A DNA stretch of 64,000 bases from Turneriellaceae bacterium. Its GTDB lineage: Bacteria > Spirochaetota > Leptospiria > Turneriellales > JAOUFE01. The stretch lies in contig JBNLDQ010000003.1 of assembly GCA_050304475.1 (NCBI GenBank), positions 53,491 to 117,490 on the forward strand, in the 5' to 3' direction. The stretch's first letter is position 1. Each line of letters begins with the position of its first letter. The position numbers and the translations under genes are program-made. The notes beneath the pieces are model-generated. The model searched no databases. It saw only the letters and a list, made by a program, of their open reading frames with translations, and had not been told where the DNA came from. This document shows, in pieces, positions 37,774-47,892 of the stretch.

Positions 37774-38379
37774 ATGGCTTTGAAACCGTTCCAACGAAAG
37801 AATCTCCTTTCTCCCGATTTTTACCGGCAGCCGACGCTTCAATTGGCGCAAAACCTTTTAGGCAAGATTTTTGTCCGGGAGTTGGGTTCAATGCGTTTGG
37901 CCGGACGGATTGTCGAAACCGAGGGATACCACCAGGACGGCGATCCTTCATGCCATGCACACCGGGGGGAGACCAAAAGAAACCGGGTCATGTTCGGCGA
38001 ACCCGGCAGGTTATATGTCTATTTTACCTACGGGATGCACTATTGTTTAAATATTGTTTCTGAGCCGGCGGGGACCGGGGCGGCGGTTTTGATACGGGCG
38101 GTCGAACCCCTCGAAGGGGTCGAAGCGATGTACGAATCTCGAAAAAAGACAACCAACCCCCGCAACCTCACCAACGGACCCGCTAAATTCTGCCAGGCTT
38201 TTCAAATCACCACCGAACAAAACGGACTACCGTTGGACAACCCGCCCGTTTATCTATTGGACGGCAACGCCCCGCCGGGTGAAATTGTCACAACCACCAG
38301 AATCGGAATCAGCTCGGGAGCCGATTTGCCCTGGCGATTCTACCTGAAAGATAGCCCATGGGTTTCAAAAAAAGAATAA
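37774..38379 (+). CDS. mpg: DNA-3-methyladenine glycosylase (AAG/Mpg family)
   Basis: FYRQPTLQLAQNLLGK...IVETEGY...DPSCHAHRGETKRNRVMFGEPGRLYVYFTYGMHYCLN. Confidence 0.9.
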   Translation: MALKPFQRKNLLSPDFYRQPTLQLAQNLLGKIFVRELGSMRLAGRIVETEGYHQDGDPSCHAHRGETKRNRVMFGEPGRLYVYFTYGMHYCLNIVSEPAGTGAAVLIRAVEPLEGVEAMYESRKKTTNPRNLTNGPAKFCQAFQITTEQNGLPLDNPPVYLLDGNAPPGEIVTTTRIGISSGADLPWRFYLKDSPWVSKKE

Positions 38380-38382
38380 AGG

Positions 38383-40425
38383 TTAGTCAATTTGAATGGA
38401 TAAAGCGCAAATATCGTCGGCCATTTCTCCCCTTGAACAATCAATCATCACCCGGCTCAGATCTTCGATGGTCTCGCGGTTCGTCACTTTAGGAGTCTTG
38501 GCCAAGACCGGGTAAATCGCTGTATTTTCAAAAGAATCGATGCCCGCTTCCATATTTTCATAATCATAACCGATCGTATCGGTGAAGCCGTCACTATATA
38601 ACAATAGCCGTGAACCTTTTGGCAACTTCAATGTTTTTACCCGGTATTTATACGGGAAATCCGAAACTTCATTGGCTAACCCGATCGGCGGCCCTTGCGG
38701 CGAAGTGTTTAAAAAAGAGAGTTTTGCCCTTCCGTTTTTTTTATCCGGCTCAAGTAAAATTGGCGGCGGGTGTGCGGCGCTGGTAAAAGCAATGGACCTT
38801 TTTTTTGTATCAAGGATAGCGTAAAATGCGGAAACAAAATTCCCGTCCAGATAAGGGAAAAGCATTTTATTCAATTGTTCCATCATCCGGTTGGGCCCTC
38901 CGGAAGGAAGTCCGCCAAGATCGGTATTCATCAAATGGTTATGAACGATCCCTTTGATCATAACCGTGAGAAGAGCCGCTTGAACCCCATGCCCCGAAAC
39001 ATCGCTGATAAAAAGTCCGAGCCTCTCTTTTTTCTTATCAAAGGCAATTACATCAAAGTAATCGCCGCCTACTTTTTCCATTGGCAGATAAAAACCGGCG
39101 AGCCTGATATCGTTCTGCAACTTCGGGATCAAACTTGCCTGAATACGGCGGGCTTTATCAAGATCTTGCTCATAAAGTTTTTGCTTGATTCCTAAAATTT
39201 CAACGCGATGTCTGTTTTGCAGCGAATCGAGACGGATCTCTTCTTTTTCGGCTTGCAACAAGCGAATGCGGTCGGCCAGAGCCAATGCAAGAAGCACCGC
39301 CTCCATAGCAGAGCCAATTTGAACCCCGTACTCCGAAAGAAAGTTGGTGCGAATTGCGCCCATGAATTTTAGTAAAATCAAGAAAGTGCCAATGATCAAG
39401 ACTAACCATGACAAAAGATACAATCTGGCCGGTTGATACCCGCGCCGGTAGTAGACTACCGCAGCGTAAATGGAAAGCATAAACCCCGCCATGGAAAAGA
39501 TCGCCCAAAGATGAACAAAGTATATTAAAGGAAGAAATGCATACACGATTCCGGCAACGAGGTAATACGTTCGCAAAAAACGGTACGAACGATAGATAAA
39601 AGTATCTTTTTCGGTAATTTGAAGAAAGCTGGCCATAAAAGCAATGGCGCCATAGCAAAGGAAGGCGGACGAAAATAAAAAAGCGGAGTAGTTTTTCCAC
39701 CATACCGAAGCCGTTGGCCAAAAATATTGATCGCAATACCCCCGGTAAATCGCAATCGACATAATCATGCCAACCAAATAAATGCAATAGTAAAAATAAG
39801 ATGTCATCCTGGTGCTAAAGAACAAGAACAGATTATAGAGCACCATGACGGTTAAAATTCCGAAATAAAGACCCATGACCATGGTCTCGTCGCCAAACTC
39901 TGCCATATCGGCTTCAGCGGTATCGATTTTCAACGGAAAAGAGAGAATACCCGCATCGGCGGCATGAAAATAAAACTCGACTTTCTCGCCGGGGTAGAGT
40001 TCCAACGGAAATGTCGGCTTGGCGCGCTCTAACGGAAAATCGAAAAAAGAGACGGCCTGACCGGCTCTCATTTGCACCCGTTCTTGCCCGGGATAGAGCA
40101 AATAGAGGTCGACTTCATCTACATTCGCCAAACCGAACTGGAAAACCCAGTCATTGGTATCGGTGTCGTTAATTAACTCTCCATGAAACCAGAACCCCTG
40201 GTTTGTCATCCCATAACTGGGGATGTCAGCAGTGCAGGGAACAAAGCTCTCTTTTTTTTTCAGAACGTCTTCGAGTGTCAGGGAATGTTCGGGATCTACG
40301 ATAGAGGTAAGCCATTTCCCCATGTATTGCCCGCGGATTTCACTCAGTTTTGCGGGAGCCGCATCCAGCCAATACGCCGAAAAGGCGAAATACATCGCCA
40401 CCGCTATTCGTACGGAAATTCTCAT
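38383..40425 (-). CDS. 7TMR-DISM sensor fused to a PP2C/SpoIIE-type serine phosphatase
   Basis: Signal peptide, extracellular DISMED2-like domain (FWFHGELINDTDTNDWVFQFG), 7 TM helices, coiled coil, and SpoIIE motifs (GGDYFDV, FISDVSGHGVQAALLTV). Start set at ATG 40425. Confidence 0.85.
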   Translation of the reverse strand: MRISVRIAVAMYFAFSAYWLDAAPAKLSEIRGQYMGKWLTSIVDPEHSLTLEDVLKKKESFVPCTADIPSYGMTNQGFWFHGELINDTDTNDWVFQFGLANVDEVDLYLLYPGQERVQMRAGQAVSFFDFPLERAKPTFPLELYPGEKVEFYFHAADAGILSFPLKIDTAEADMAEFGDETMVMGLYFGILTVMVLYNLFLFFSTRMTSYFYYCIYLVGMIMSIAIYRGYCDQYFWPTASVWWKNYSAFLFSSAFLCYGAIAFMASFLQITEKDTFIYRSYRFLRTYYLVAGIVYAFLPLIYFVHLWAIFSMAGFMLSIYAAVVYYRRGYQPARLYLLSWLVLIIGTFLILLKFMGAIRTNFLSEYGVQIGSAMEAVLLALALADRIRLLQAEKEEIRLDSLQNRHRVEILGIKQKLYEQDLDKARRIQASLIPKLQNDIRLAGFYLPMEKVGGDYFDVIAFDKKKERLGLFISDVSGHGVQAALLTVMIKGIVHNHLMNTDLGGLPSGGPNRMMEQLNKMLFPYLDGNFVSAFYAILDTKKRSIAFTSAAHPPPILLEPDKKNGRAKLSFLNTSPQGPPIGLANEVSDFPYKYRVKTLKLPKGSRLLLYSDGFTDTIGYDYENMEAGIDSFENTAIYPVLAKTPKVTNRETIEDLSRVMIDCSRGEMADDICALSIQID

Positions 40426-40577
40426 ACCCCACCTACCGGCAACCCTGCAAAATGAGGTTTTGCCGCTCAATGTGTAATTTAGGAATTCATCCGGGTGTGT
40501 AAATCAGCTTTTTTTTCAAAACATCTCCCGGGTATCTCCCGGTTCCGCCGAAAACGATACCAAACAAACGTTTCAGG

Positions 40578-43346
40578 CTAATTTAGCGAACCTAACAGAT
40601 TTTTTAGTTCGGACAACTTGCGAACCGTCGCTTCTTTTTTTTCCTGTTCCGAATCGATCAGTTCTTTCGGGGCCCGGTTGACAAAATCCGCATTGCCCAG
40701 TTTTTTCTCCAGCGAACTCATGTACGATTCCAGGTTGGTCATTTCTTTCGTTAAGCGCACCTTCTCTTGTTCCAGATCAATCATGTGTTTTACATCAAGA
40801 TAGAGAGTCCCGAAATCAAACGGAGAAGCGATTGCGTCTAACCCTTCGGCTTCATTGCGCACTTCAAAAGACGAGAGCCGGGCCAATTGTTCAATATGAG
40901 CGGCATGGGCGGTTACCTCATCGCGGTATTCCGGCGCAACCGTAGCATATGCGGCAAATTTTTCGCCGGGTGCAATTTGCAGTTCGCCTCGCAGGTTTCT
41001 GATTTTGTAAATCAGATGAAGCAGTTGTTCCGTTTTATGGGCCGCTTCGGCATCGGCGTCTTCGTGTTTTTCAGGCCAGGCAGCGGTGATGAGAGGCCGG
41101 TCGGGGAACCAGTAACTATAGAGTTCTTCGGTAATGAACGGCATGACCGGGTGCAATAGTTTTAAGGCGTCAATAAAAACCCGGTTTAATACATACCGGG
41201 CCGTTTCAGCGCGCGATTCATCTTTTAATGATATTTTAGAAAGCTCTACGTAGTTGTCGCAAAAGTCTTTCCAGACAAAATCGTATAGAGCCTGGGCATA
41301 ATCGGCAAAACGCATGTTTTCCAAGGCGTCGCGGGTTTTCTCCATTGTACGGTTCAGCCGCGATAAAATCCAGCGTTCGGCGCTACCCAACTTTTCGGGC
41401 GCCTTCCCGGGGATAGCGTAACCGGCGTCCTGGTTCATCCAGATAAAACGGGCCGTATTCCAGATTTTGTTCGTAAACGCAGAATACCCCTTCAAGCGCG
41501 ATTCATCATAGATAATATCTTTGCCTTCGGGTAAGATCGCTACGAGAAAAAAACGAAACGCATCCGCCCCGTATTCTTCCATTTTTTCCAGGGGGTTGAC
41601 TACGTTCCCCTTCGACTTACTCATTTTCTTGCGTTCCGCATCGCGGACCAGACCATGAATATAGACTTTCCGAAAAGGAACCTCTTTCATGAAGTGACAC
41701 CCCATCATGATCATACGGGCGACCCAGAAAAAGATAATATCAAACCCGGTCACCAAAACGCTGGTGGGGTAAAAAAGCGATAGCTCTTGATTGCTTACCG
41801 GCCAGCCGGTATTGGCGCGGCTCTCTTCTTCGGAAAGCATGGTGGAAAAAGGCCAAAGACCGGAAGAAAACCAGGTATCTAGAACATCGTCTTCCTGGCG
41901 CATGGCCGGGGCGCCGCATGCGCCGCACTTTTCCGGCTGGTCGATACTGACATGCATTTCGCCGCAACTTTCGCAAAAGTAAGCCGGGATTCGATGCCCC
42001 CACCATAGCTGCCGTGAAATACACCAGTCCTGGATATTGTACATCCACTCAAAATAGGTGTTTTCCCAACGTTTGGGGATAAATTCGACTTCTCCGCTTT
42101 TGACCGCCTCAATGGCTTTTTCGGCCAGCGGACCGACCTTGACAAACCACTGTTGCGATGTAATGGGTTCGACAATCGTTTGGCATCGATAGCACTCGCC
42201 CACCGCATGTTTTATATCATCCGTTTTTTCAAGATAGCCGCGCTCTTCAAGATCTTTGACGACCATTTCGCGGGCTTTCTCGCGGGAGACCCCGGCATAC
42301 GGGCCGGCCAGGTCATTGGTTTTTCCATGATCATCTAGAATTCTTGTGATTGGCAGATCATGCCGCCGCCCCGCCTCGAAGTCATTGGGGTCATGGGCGG
42401 GCGTAATTTTAACGGCGCCGGTTCCGAATTCCAGATCGACAAAATCATCGGCAATCACGGGGATCAAGCGGTTCATGAGCGGCAAAAGAACCTTTTTACC
42501 GGCAAACTCCCGGTATCTGTCGTCTTCCGGGTGAACGGCAACCGCCTCATCCCCCAGCATGGTTTCGGGGCGCGTCGTAGCTACTGTTAAATAATGGCCG
42601 TCTTCGATCGCTTTTTGAGCCGCTTTGGCTATCGCGTCTTCGCCTTCGACGCCGCCTTGCAGCAGCGGGTATTTCACGTAATAGAGTTTACCCTTGCGGT
42701 CCTGGTACTCTACCTCAATATTGGAAAGGGCCGTAACGCAATGAGGGCACCAGTTGATAATGCGTTCGCCCCGGTAGATTAAACCTTCCCGGTATAATGA
42801 AACAAAAACTTCGCGCACGGTATGGCTCAAACCGGCATCCATAGTAAAGCGCTCGTAGTTCCAGTCTACGGACTCGCCCAGTTCGCGTTGCTGGTGGGTA
42901 ATCATGCCGCCTGACTCTTCTTTCCACTGCCAGACCCTCTCTTCAAACTTGTCGCGGCCAAGCTCCCAACGGGAAGAGCCTTCTTTCGCCAATAGCTTTT
43001 CAACGACATTTTGGGTGGCAATGCCGGCATGGTCCGTTCCGGGGAGCCACAGAGTATGGTCGCCCTTCATTCGGTGGTAGCGCGTTAAGATATCCTGAAT
43101 GGTATGATTCAAAGCATGGCCCAAATGCAGACTGCCGGTTACATTCGGGGGAGGAATAACGATCGAAAAAGTTTTTCCGCTCTCTTTGATTTTTTTTGCA
43201 GCCGCCAAATCCGTTTTCTCTATCGTCCCGTTCGCGTTTGTTTTCCAGGAAAAGTGACCTTCTTTTTCCCAAAACGGGTACCATTTTTTTTCAAGCCCGT
43301 GCGGATTGTACTTCGGAGGCAGTTCTTTTTTATTCCGATCGTCCAT
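40578..43346 (-). CDS. valS: Valine--tRNA ligase
   Basis: PPPNVTGSLHLGH (HIGH), KMSKSKGN (KMSKS), editing domain and C-terminal coiled coil. Start set at ATG 43346 (MDDRNKKELPPKYNP). Confidence 0.95.
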   Translation of the reverse strand: MDDRNKKELPPKYNPHGLEKKWYPFWEKEGHFSWKTNANGTIEKTDLAAAKKIKESGKTFSIVIPPPNVTGSLHLGHALNHTIQDILTRYHRMKGDHTLWLPGTDHAGIATQNVVEKLLAKEGSSRWELGRDKFEERVWQWKEESGGMITHQQRELGESVDWNYERFTMDAGLSHTVREVFVSLYREGLIYRGERIINWCPHCVTALSNIEVEYQDRKGKLYYVKYPLLQGGVEGEDAIAKAAQKAIEDGHYLTVATTRPETMLGDEAVAVHPEDDRYREFAGKKVLLPLMNRLIPVIADDFVDLEFGTGAVKITPAHDPNDFEAGRRHDLPITRILDDHGKTNDLAGPYAGVSREKAREMVVKDLEERGYLEKTDDIKHAVGECYRCQTIVEPITSQQWFVKVGPLAEKAIEAVKSGEVEFIPKRWENTYFEWMYNIQDWCISRQLWWGHRIPAYFCESCGEMHVSIDQPEKCGACGAPAMRQEDDVLDTWFSSGLWPFSTMLSEEESRANTGWPVSNQELSLFYPTSVLVTGFDIIFFWVARMIMMGCHFMKEVPFRKVYIHGLVRDAERKKMSKSKGNVVNPLEKMEEYGADAFRFFLVAILPEGKDIIYDESRLKGYSAFTNKIWNTARFIWMNQDAGYAIPGKAPEKLGSAERWILSRLNRTMEKTRDALENMRFADYAQALYDFVWKDFCDNYVELSKISLKDESRAETARYVLNRVFIDALKLLHPVMPFITEELYSYWFPDRPLITAAWPEKHEDADAEAAHKTEQLLHLIYKIRNLRGELQIAPGEKFAAYATVAPEYRDEVTAHAAHIEQLARLSSFEVRNEAEGLDAIASPFDFGTLYLDVKHMIDLEQEKVRLTKEMTNLESYMSSLEKKLGNADFVNRAPKELIDSEQEKKEATVRKLSELKNLLGSLN

Positions 43347-43506
43347 AAGAACTAGACAAAACCTCATGAGAAGACGGCCTGTCAATTCTTTGCCAAGGCC
43401 TTGCCTTATCCGGTTCTCATGCCACGAATGAACCCAATACCATGCCCCGAAAATGAATTGTTAATCGCTTGACTAGAGAACCAACTCATTCAAACTATCG
43501 ATATTC

Positions 43507-44670
43507 ATGGAAACGGCAACACAGGCAACGGACGCTGCTGCGGAAAATAAACTCTACCATTTGGCAGAGCAAATTTTTCAATTTGCCGTAGACGCGTCTC
43601 AAAGGGGGCTGACAAACCTGGGCGAAAAAATGGCGCCCGGAGCTTCTTTTTTACTGAGAAAAGTCATTCATCTTTATTCCCGATCTGTCCCGCCTGAAAA
43701 AGTAATACCCATTCTTCAAAATTATATTTTTCGCGGGTCGTATGCCGATAGCGATTTTCACGAACGCATTTTAATTTTAGAAACGATGCCATACTTGCTC
43801 ATGGGCGAAAAGGCGATCCTCAATAAAGTGGGCGAAGCCTTGGGCGACCATATTAAAAACTCGCTCGCCCAGAAGTATGGAGTCGATCTATCCGAACCCG
43901 AAGCGGAAAAAGCCCCCGGCCTCAAAGAAGGCAATGAAGGAAGCAAAGACATGCCCGAAAACATACATGAAGGACTCCCTGCAGGGCTGAAAGAACAAGC
44001 CGCCCAATTGGCGGGAACGCCGGGTAGCGAAGGCGATCAAAGCGAAGGGCAAGAAGAAGAGGAAGATGACGAAGAGATCATCATCATTGAAGAGCCTGAT
44101 GAATTTACCGCTGGCGTAGAGCAACCCGCTCAAACGCCAGAGCCGGAAGCCCCTGCTGAAATGTCCGCTGATGCCCCGCCCGAGCCGGCAGGGAATGATG
44201 ACGCCCGCGACGAGGACGAAGGCGAGATTCTGGTTTCCATTGACTTTACGAACGAATTTTTTCCGAACGCTTCGGAGAACGCCGCGCCCGCTTCGGAAGC
44301 GTATAGTGAAGACGAAGATCAAGCGACGGAAGATTTCGATCTTTCGGCTTTTGTCAATCAAATCTGGGACAAAGAGCCTCTTTCGGAAAAAACAACCGCC
44401 CTCGATAACGCCTTAAATAACCTCAGCTTTGACGAATGGGCCGTGATTATCCCGCGCCTGGCTCAAAACGATGCGCGCGAATTTATTTGCGGCTTGTCCG
44501 GTTCAGGCGGGAACACAATCGCGCTTGTCATGCGTTACCTTCAAGAAGAGGCGGCGCTGGCCGAGATGATTGCAGCTTCGCTTTCCGAACAGGAATTCCC
44601 CGAAGAGTATGTCGCCATTGCGCAAGATTCTCTCATTGCCAAAATCAAGGAGATGGCCAACCAGACGTAA
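43507..44670 (+). CDS. Hypothetical protein with a central highly acidic region
   Basis: 387 aa with helical N- and C-terminal parts flanking an E/D/P/A-rich region (SEGQEEEEDDEEIIIIEEPDE). No confident domain call. Confidence 0.55.
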   Translation: METATQATDAAAENKLYHLAEQIFQFAVDASQRGLTNLGEKMAPGASFLLRKVIHLYSRSVPPEKVIPILQNYIFRGSYADSDFHERILILETMPYLLMGEKAILNKVGEALGDHIKNSLAQKYGVDLSEPEAEKAPGLKEGNEGSKDMPENIHEGLPAGLKEQAAQLAGTPGSEGDQSEGQEEEEDDEEIIIIEEPDEFTAGVEQPAQTPEPEAPAEMSADAPPEPAGNDDARDEDEGEILVSIDFTNEFFPNASENAAPASEAYSEDEDQATEDFDLSAFVNQIWDKEPLSEKTTALDNALNNLSFDEWAVIIPRLAQNDAREFICGLSGSGGNTIALVMRYLQEEAALAEMIAASLSEQEFPEEYVAIAQDSLIAKIKEMANQT

Positions 44671-44751
44671 AGGAGACGGCGATCCGAAACCGTAAAATTG
44701 CCGCGGAGGTTCTGCGGCAATTTTGAAAAGGAACGATAAACGATAACTGCC

Positions 44752-45195
44752 ATGAGAGAAACATTATTAACAGAAAGTCTTGCCGGGAAAATTGGCGAAC
44801 CGAATTTTGACACATCGAAAGCGGAACTCATTGTTTTGCACTACCTGGATTTATCCATACGCGTTAAAAAAGAAGGAATGGAAGCCGTTGGTCAATGGCT
44901 GAACAAATCTTCCCGGCCGCAGAAAATTGTCGAGGCTCTGCAAGGCGTGATTGAAAAAAAATCGCCCATCGTCGTAATGTCAAATGCGAAAGCTCAATTG
45001 CGCTCAACCACCCTGACGGGCCAGGAACTTTTTGAAACGCTGGTGGCCAAAGAGGGCGCGTGTCTTATCGCAGAAAAAAGCGACTCTTTTTACTTATTTG
45101 AATACCTGGCTTCGCTCTTTGGCGAGGCCTATTATGATACTTTAAAAACGAATATCCGAAACCTTACCGCCAAAAGAAAACCGCCGGGAACATAA
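44752..45195 (+). CDS. Hypothetical protein
   Basis: 147 aa, helical, co-oriented with the 43507 gene. No recognisable motif. Confidence 0.5.
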   Translation: MRETLLTESLAGKIGEPNFDTSKAELIVLHYLDLSIRVKKEGMEAVGQWLNKSSRPQKIVEALQGVIEKKSPIVVMSNAKAQLRSTTLTGQELFETLVAKEGACLIAEKSDSFYLFEYLASLFGEAYYDTLKTNIRNLTAKRKPPGT

Positions 45196-45234
45196 CCCGG
45201 TGTGTCTTTTGTTTTTTCGACCTGCGATCAACCT

Positions 45235-46686
45235 ATGGACTTTGCTAAAATCAAGACCCAACGACACCAAACGCATGATTCGAAGCTTCGCCGAAAACGC
45301 CGGTTTCGTTTGATCGCGGGGCTGGTTTTTGTCGCCAGCGGTTTTTTTGTCTTGGGGTTGGCGTCGCCCAAACAAAAAGGTTATCTGGTGGTGATTGACC
45401 CAGGGCATGGCGGCGCCGGCATCGCTCCCAAACAAGTTCACGGAGACAAGTACGACCCTGTTCGCAAAGAGTATTTAATATACTACCAGCAAGGGACTTC
45501 ATACCGGGGCGAGCACGAAAGCGAAATTGTTCACAATCTGGCCAAGCAAGTCGCGCACTATCTGGAACTCACTCACACAGACGAAGGTCGACAAGAGTTC
45601 CACAAACTACTGCAAGAGTTTGCGCCTAACGCCCCTTTCCCGGAAGAACCGGTTCGTGTTGTTCTTTCAAAACCGGAGGGGCTCATTGGCAAAGGCAAAA
45701 AAAACGAATTTGAAAAACCAGTCGATTACAACGCCCCCTACCGCGAGTACGACTTTCCGCTCATGAAAGACGGCAAGAAAACCGGGCAAAGAGCGCCGGG
45801 GGTAATTAGCCGGATTAACGAACAAAACCCGCATCTGGTGGTTTCGCTGCACATTAACTCGGGCTATGGCTCAAAAACCGGAGCCATGACGGCGGTCGCT
45901 GCGCCCGGTTACAATACTTACCGGCAAGCCCTGCAATATGTCAGGGCCGATAAAGAGACGCGGCGAAAAATAGCAAACGACTTTGACAAATCGCCTTACC
46001 GCTACTGGTTTTCGCCAAACAGTTCGCGGACAACCTTTCAGTGGTTTCTATGCGATTCATGGGTCTATTTCACCGGTTACTGGTCTACGACCAACGGACT
46101 AACCCCGGACCCCAAAAAATACCAGGGGCAACGATATAATTATTTCACCTGGGCGTATGAAGACGATATCTGGGACAACCCGCCCCTGCCCGGCCGGCAA
46201 CTTCCCGACTTAGCCTCTTTTCAACCGGCAGGCCCCTTTTGGGAACGCGAACAATCGGAACCGGAGCGCTGGAGAAGAGAAGGGGGCGAAGAGGGTCTCG
46301 GAGGCGACAACCTCTATGCCGGCAATGAACTTTTACGATATATTCGCCAAGGGCTTGTCAAAGATAAAGTCGATACCAAATCTTCGTTGCCGGTTTTACG
46401 AAGACCGACGCTCTCGCCCTGGACCATGCCGACTCATATCAATGCCATATCGGCCTATCTGGAGCTTGGTTTTCTGGATAATCCGAACGACTACCGCAGG
46501 CTTACCCAACACCCCGATACATATGCCAGATCATTGGCGGCCGGCATCTATTCGTTATTGTATGGATTGCCGCTAGAAAATGCCCCCGGATCGGACAAGG
46601 CAATTTCACCCAAAGGAAAGCCCGTTGATTTTAAAAAATATGAGAATCACTCTGGCGGGAACTATTTTCAAAACGTAACGCAATAA
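45235..46686 (+). CDS. N-acetylmuramoyl-L-alanine amidase family protein (Amidase_3-like) with N-terminal membrane anchor
   Basis: VVIDPGHGG...HLVVSLHINSG zinc-amidase signature. TM LIAGLVFVASGFFVLGL. Start set at ATG 45235; the exact start is uncertain. Confidence 0.7.
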   Translation: MDFAKIKTQRHQTHDSKLRRKRRFRLIAGLVFVASGFFVLGLASPKQKGYLVVIDPGHGGAGIAPKQVHGDKYDPVRKEYLIYYQQGTSYRGEHESEIVHNLAKQVAHYLELTHTDEGRQEFHKLLQEFAPNAPFPEEPVRVVLSKPEGLIGKGKKNEFEKPVDYNAPYREYDFPLMKDGKKTGQRAPGVISRINEQNPHLVVSLHINSGYGSKTGAMTAVAAPGYNTYRQALQYVRADKETRRKIANDFDKSPYRYWFSPNSSRTTFQWFLCDSWVYFTGYWSTTNGLTPDPKKYQGQRYNYFTWAYEDDIWDNPPLPGRQLPDLASFQPAGPFWEREQSEPERWRREGGEEGLGGDNLYAGNELLRYIRQGLVKDKVDTKSSLPVLRRPTLSPWTMPTHINAISAYLELGFLDNPNDYRRLTQHPDTYARSLAAGIYSLLYGLPLENAPGSDKAISPKGKPVDFKKYENHSGGNYFQNVTQ

Positions 46687-46734
46687 CCGGTATTGTTTTT
46701 ATTAATGTTAAATACTGATTAAAATTAATCGGCA

Positions 46735-47148
46735 TTATTCGAGCGCGCTCAAACGTTTTGCTTCATACGCAACGAGAGCCCAGCCTGCGATAAAAGAGAC
46801 GCCCCCAAACGGAGTGATCATTCCAAAAAACCGCAGCCCGCTCAGGGCTAACAGGTAGAGACTCCCCGAGAAAAGTAAAATCCCCGTTAAAAAAGAGAGC
46901 CCGGCCAGCCGGGGTTTTACACTTGGGTATATCTTTGCCATGAGAGAAAGCGCAAAGAGCGCCATGGTATGGAACATCTGATACAGCGCCGCCTTGGCCC
47001 AAATTCCCTGCTGGTATTCATTGAACTGGCGCTTGAGGGCATGGGCGCCCAACGCGCCAAGAGCGACAACAACCGCGCCGGATAGAGCGGCGATGATGAT
47101 CCAGTGGGCCGGTTTTTCGCCAAAACGCTTTTGCGTAGATTCGGTCAT
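46735..47148 (-). CDS. DUF423 family small membrane protein
   Basis: Only the last 137 aa of track ORF 46735..47538 look genuine: 4 TM segments and GALGAHAL...YQMFH motifs. ATG at 47148. Confidence 0.7.
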   Translation of the reverse strand: MTESTQKRFGEKPAHWIIIAALSGAVVVALGALGAHALKRQFNEYQQGIWAKAALYQMFHTMALFALSLMAKIYPSVKPRLAGLSFLTGILLFSGSLYLLALSGLRFFGMITPFGGVSFIAGWALVAYEAKRLSALE

Positions 47149-47232
47149 GGGGCAATGTTCACCCGGCAGGGCGGCAGTCAAACGATTCCGTTTTTTCGTT
47201 GCCACCGCCTGCCGCAATAGCGCGATAACCCG

Positions 47233-47571
47233 ATGAGCGAAACCCCGAAAAATGAAGAAAACCTGCGGGAGCACTACGCAAAAGAACTTGCCCCTATTGA
47301 ATGGAACGAGCTGGCCCGTTTTTTTGCCTCGGGCGTTGTCATAGAGGTAAACCCCGAACTGGACCTGCTTGATACGGCGGTGGCGATGGCAATGGACGAC
47401 AAACTTCTTTTTCAAAAATGGATAGATGAAAAAAAGATAAGCAGGGTAGAGGACGGCACAGCGCAAACCTGGTTTGAAGAAAACCGCAAGGTCCTTTCGG
47501 TCGTGGTCGCCCCCTGGGTGCTGGTGCAAGAACTGCAAACGCCGGAAGAAACGCCCCCTTCCGCCCCCTGA
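47233..47571 (+). CDS. Hypothetical protein (DUF2288-like)
   Basis: 112 aa. The family assignment is from memory of the sequence pattern and is unverified. Confidence 0.5.
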   Translation: MSETPKNEENLREHYAKELAPIEWNELARFFASGVVIEVNPELDLLDTAVAMAMDDKLLFQKWIDEKKISRVEDGTAQTWFEENRKVLSVVVAPWVLVQELQTPEETPPSAP

Positions 47572-47577
47572 AAGCGG

Positions 47578-47793
47578 CTACACCATTTCGGATTCGGCAG
47601 CCAGCACCGCTTCTTTTAGCTCCTGGTAAAGTTCCGGTTTTACGGCAATGCCCTTTTGGGTCGGTTTATATTCGCCCGTCTCTTTATCCGTATACCAGAC
47701 CCGCAGGTTCAGGTACTTTGTTCCTTTAAATTCGGACACTTCAACGCGAATAATCTCGCCGCCGCCCTTTTCAATATCCTTAATCGTTCCCAT
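47578..47793 (-). CDS. PC4/YdbC-like small ssDNA-binding protein
   Basis: 71 aa. The pattern [31 protein letters not shown] matches bacterial PC4-fold proteins. Confidence 0.6.
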   Translation of the reverse strand: MGTIKDIEKGGGEIIRVEVSEFKGTKYLNLRVWYTDKETGEYKPTQKGIAVKPELYQELKEAVLAAESEMV

Positions 47794-47892
47794 GGCTCAT
47801 TTTTCAACAAACGGTCTTCCTGAAAAGCGCAAAGATCCCGGCAAGATTCTCATTTACGGATTATCCCATCTTTTAAGAATGCTTTGTAGATC

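Noticed and set aside
46735-47538. The 267-aa track ORF taken as one gene.
   Set aside because: Only the C-terminal 137 aa (from ATG 47148) look like a DUF423 membrane protein. The upstream part is antisense to the DUF2288-like gene and has an odd His/Arg/Phe-rich composition.
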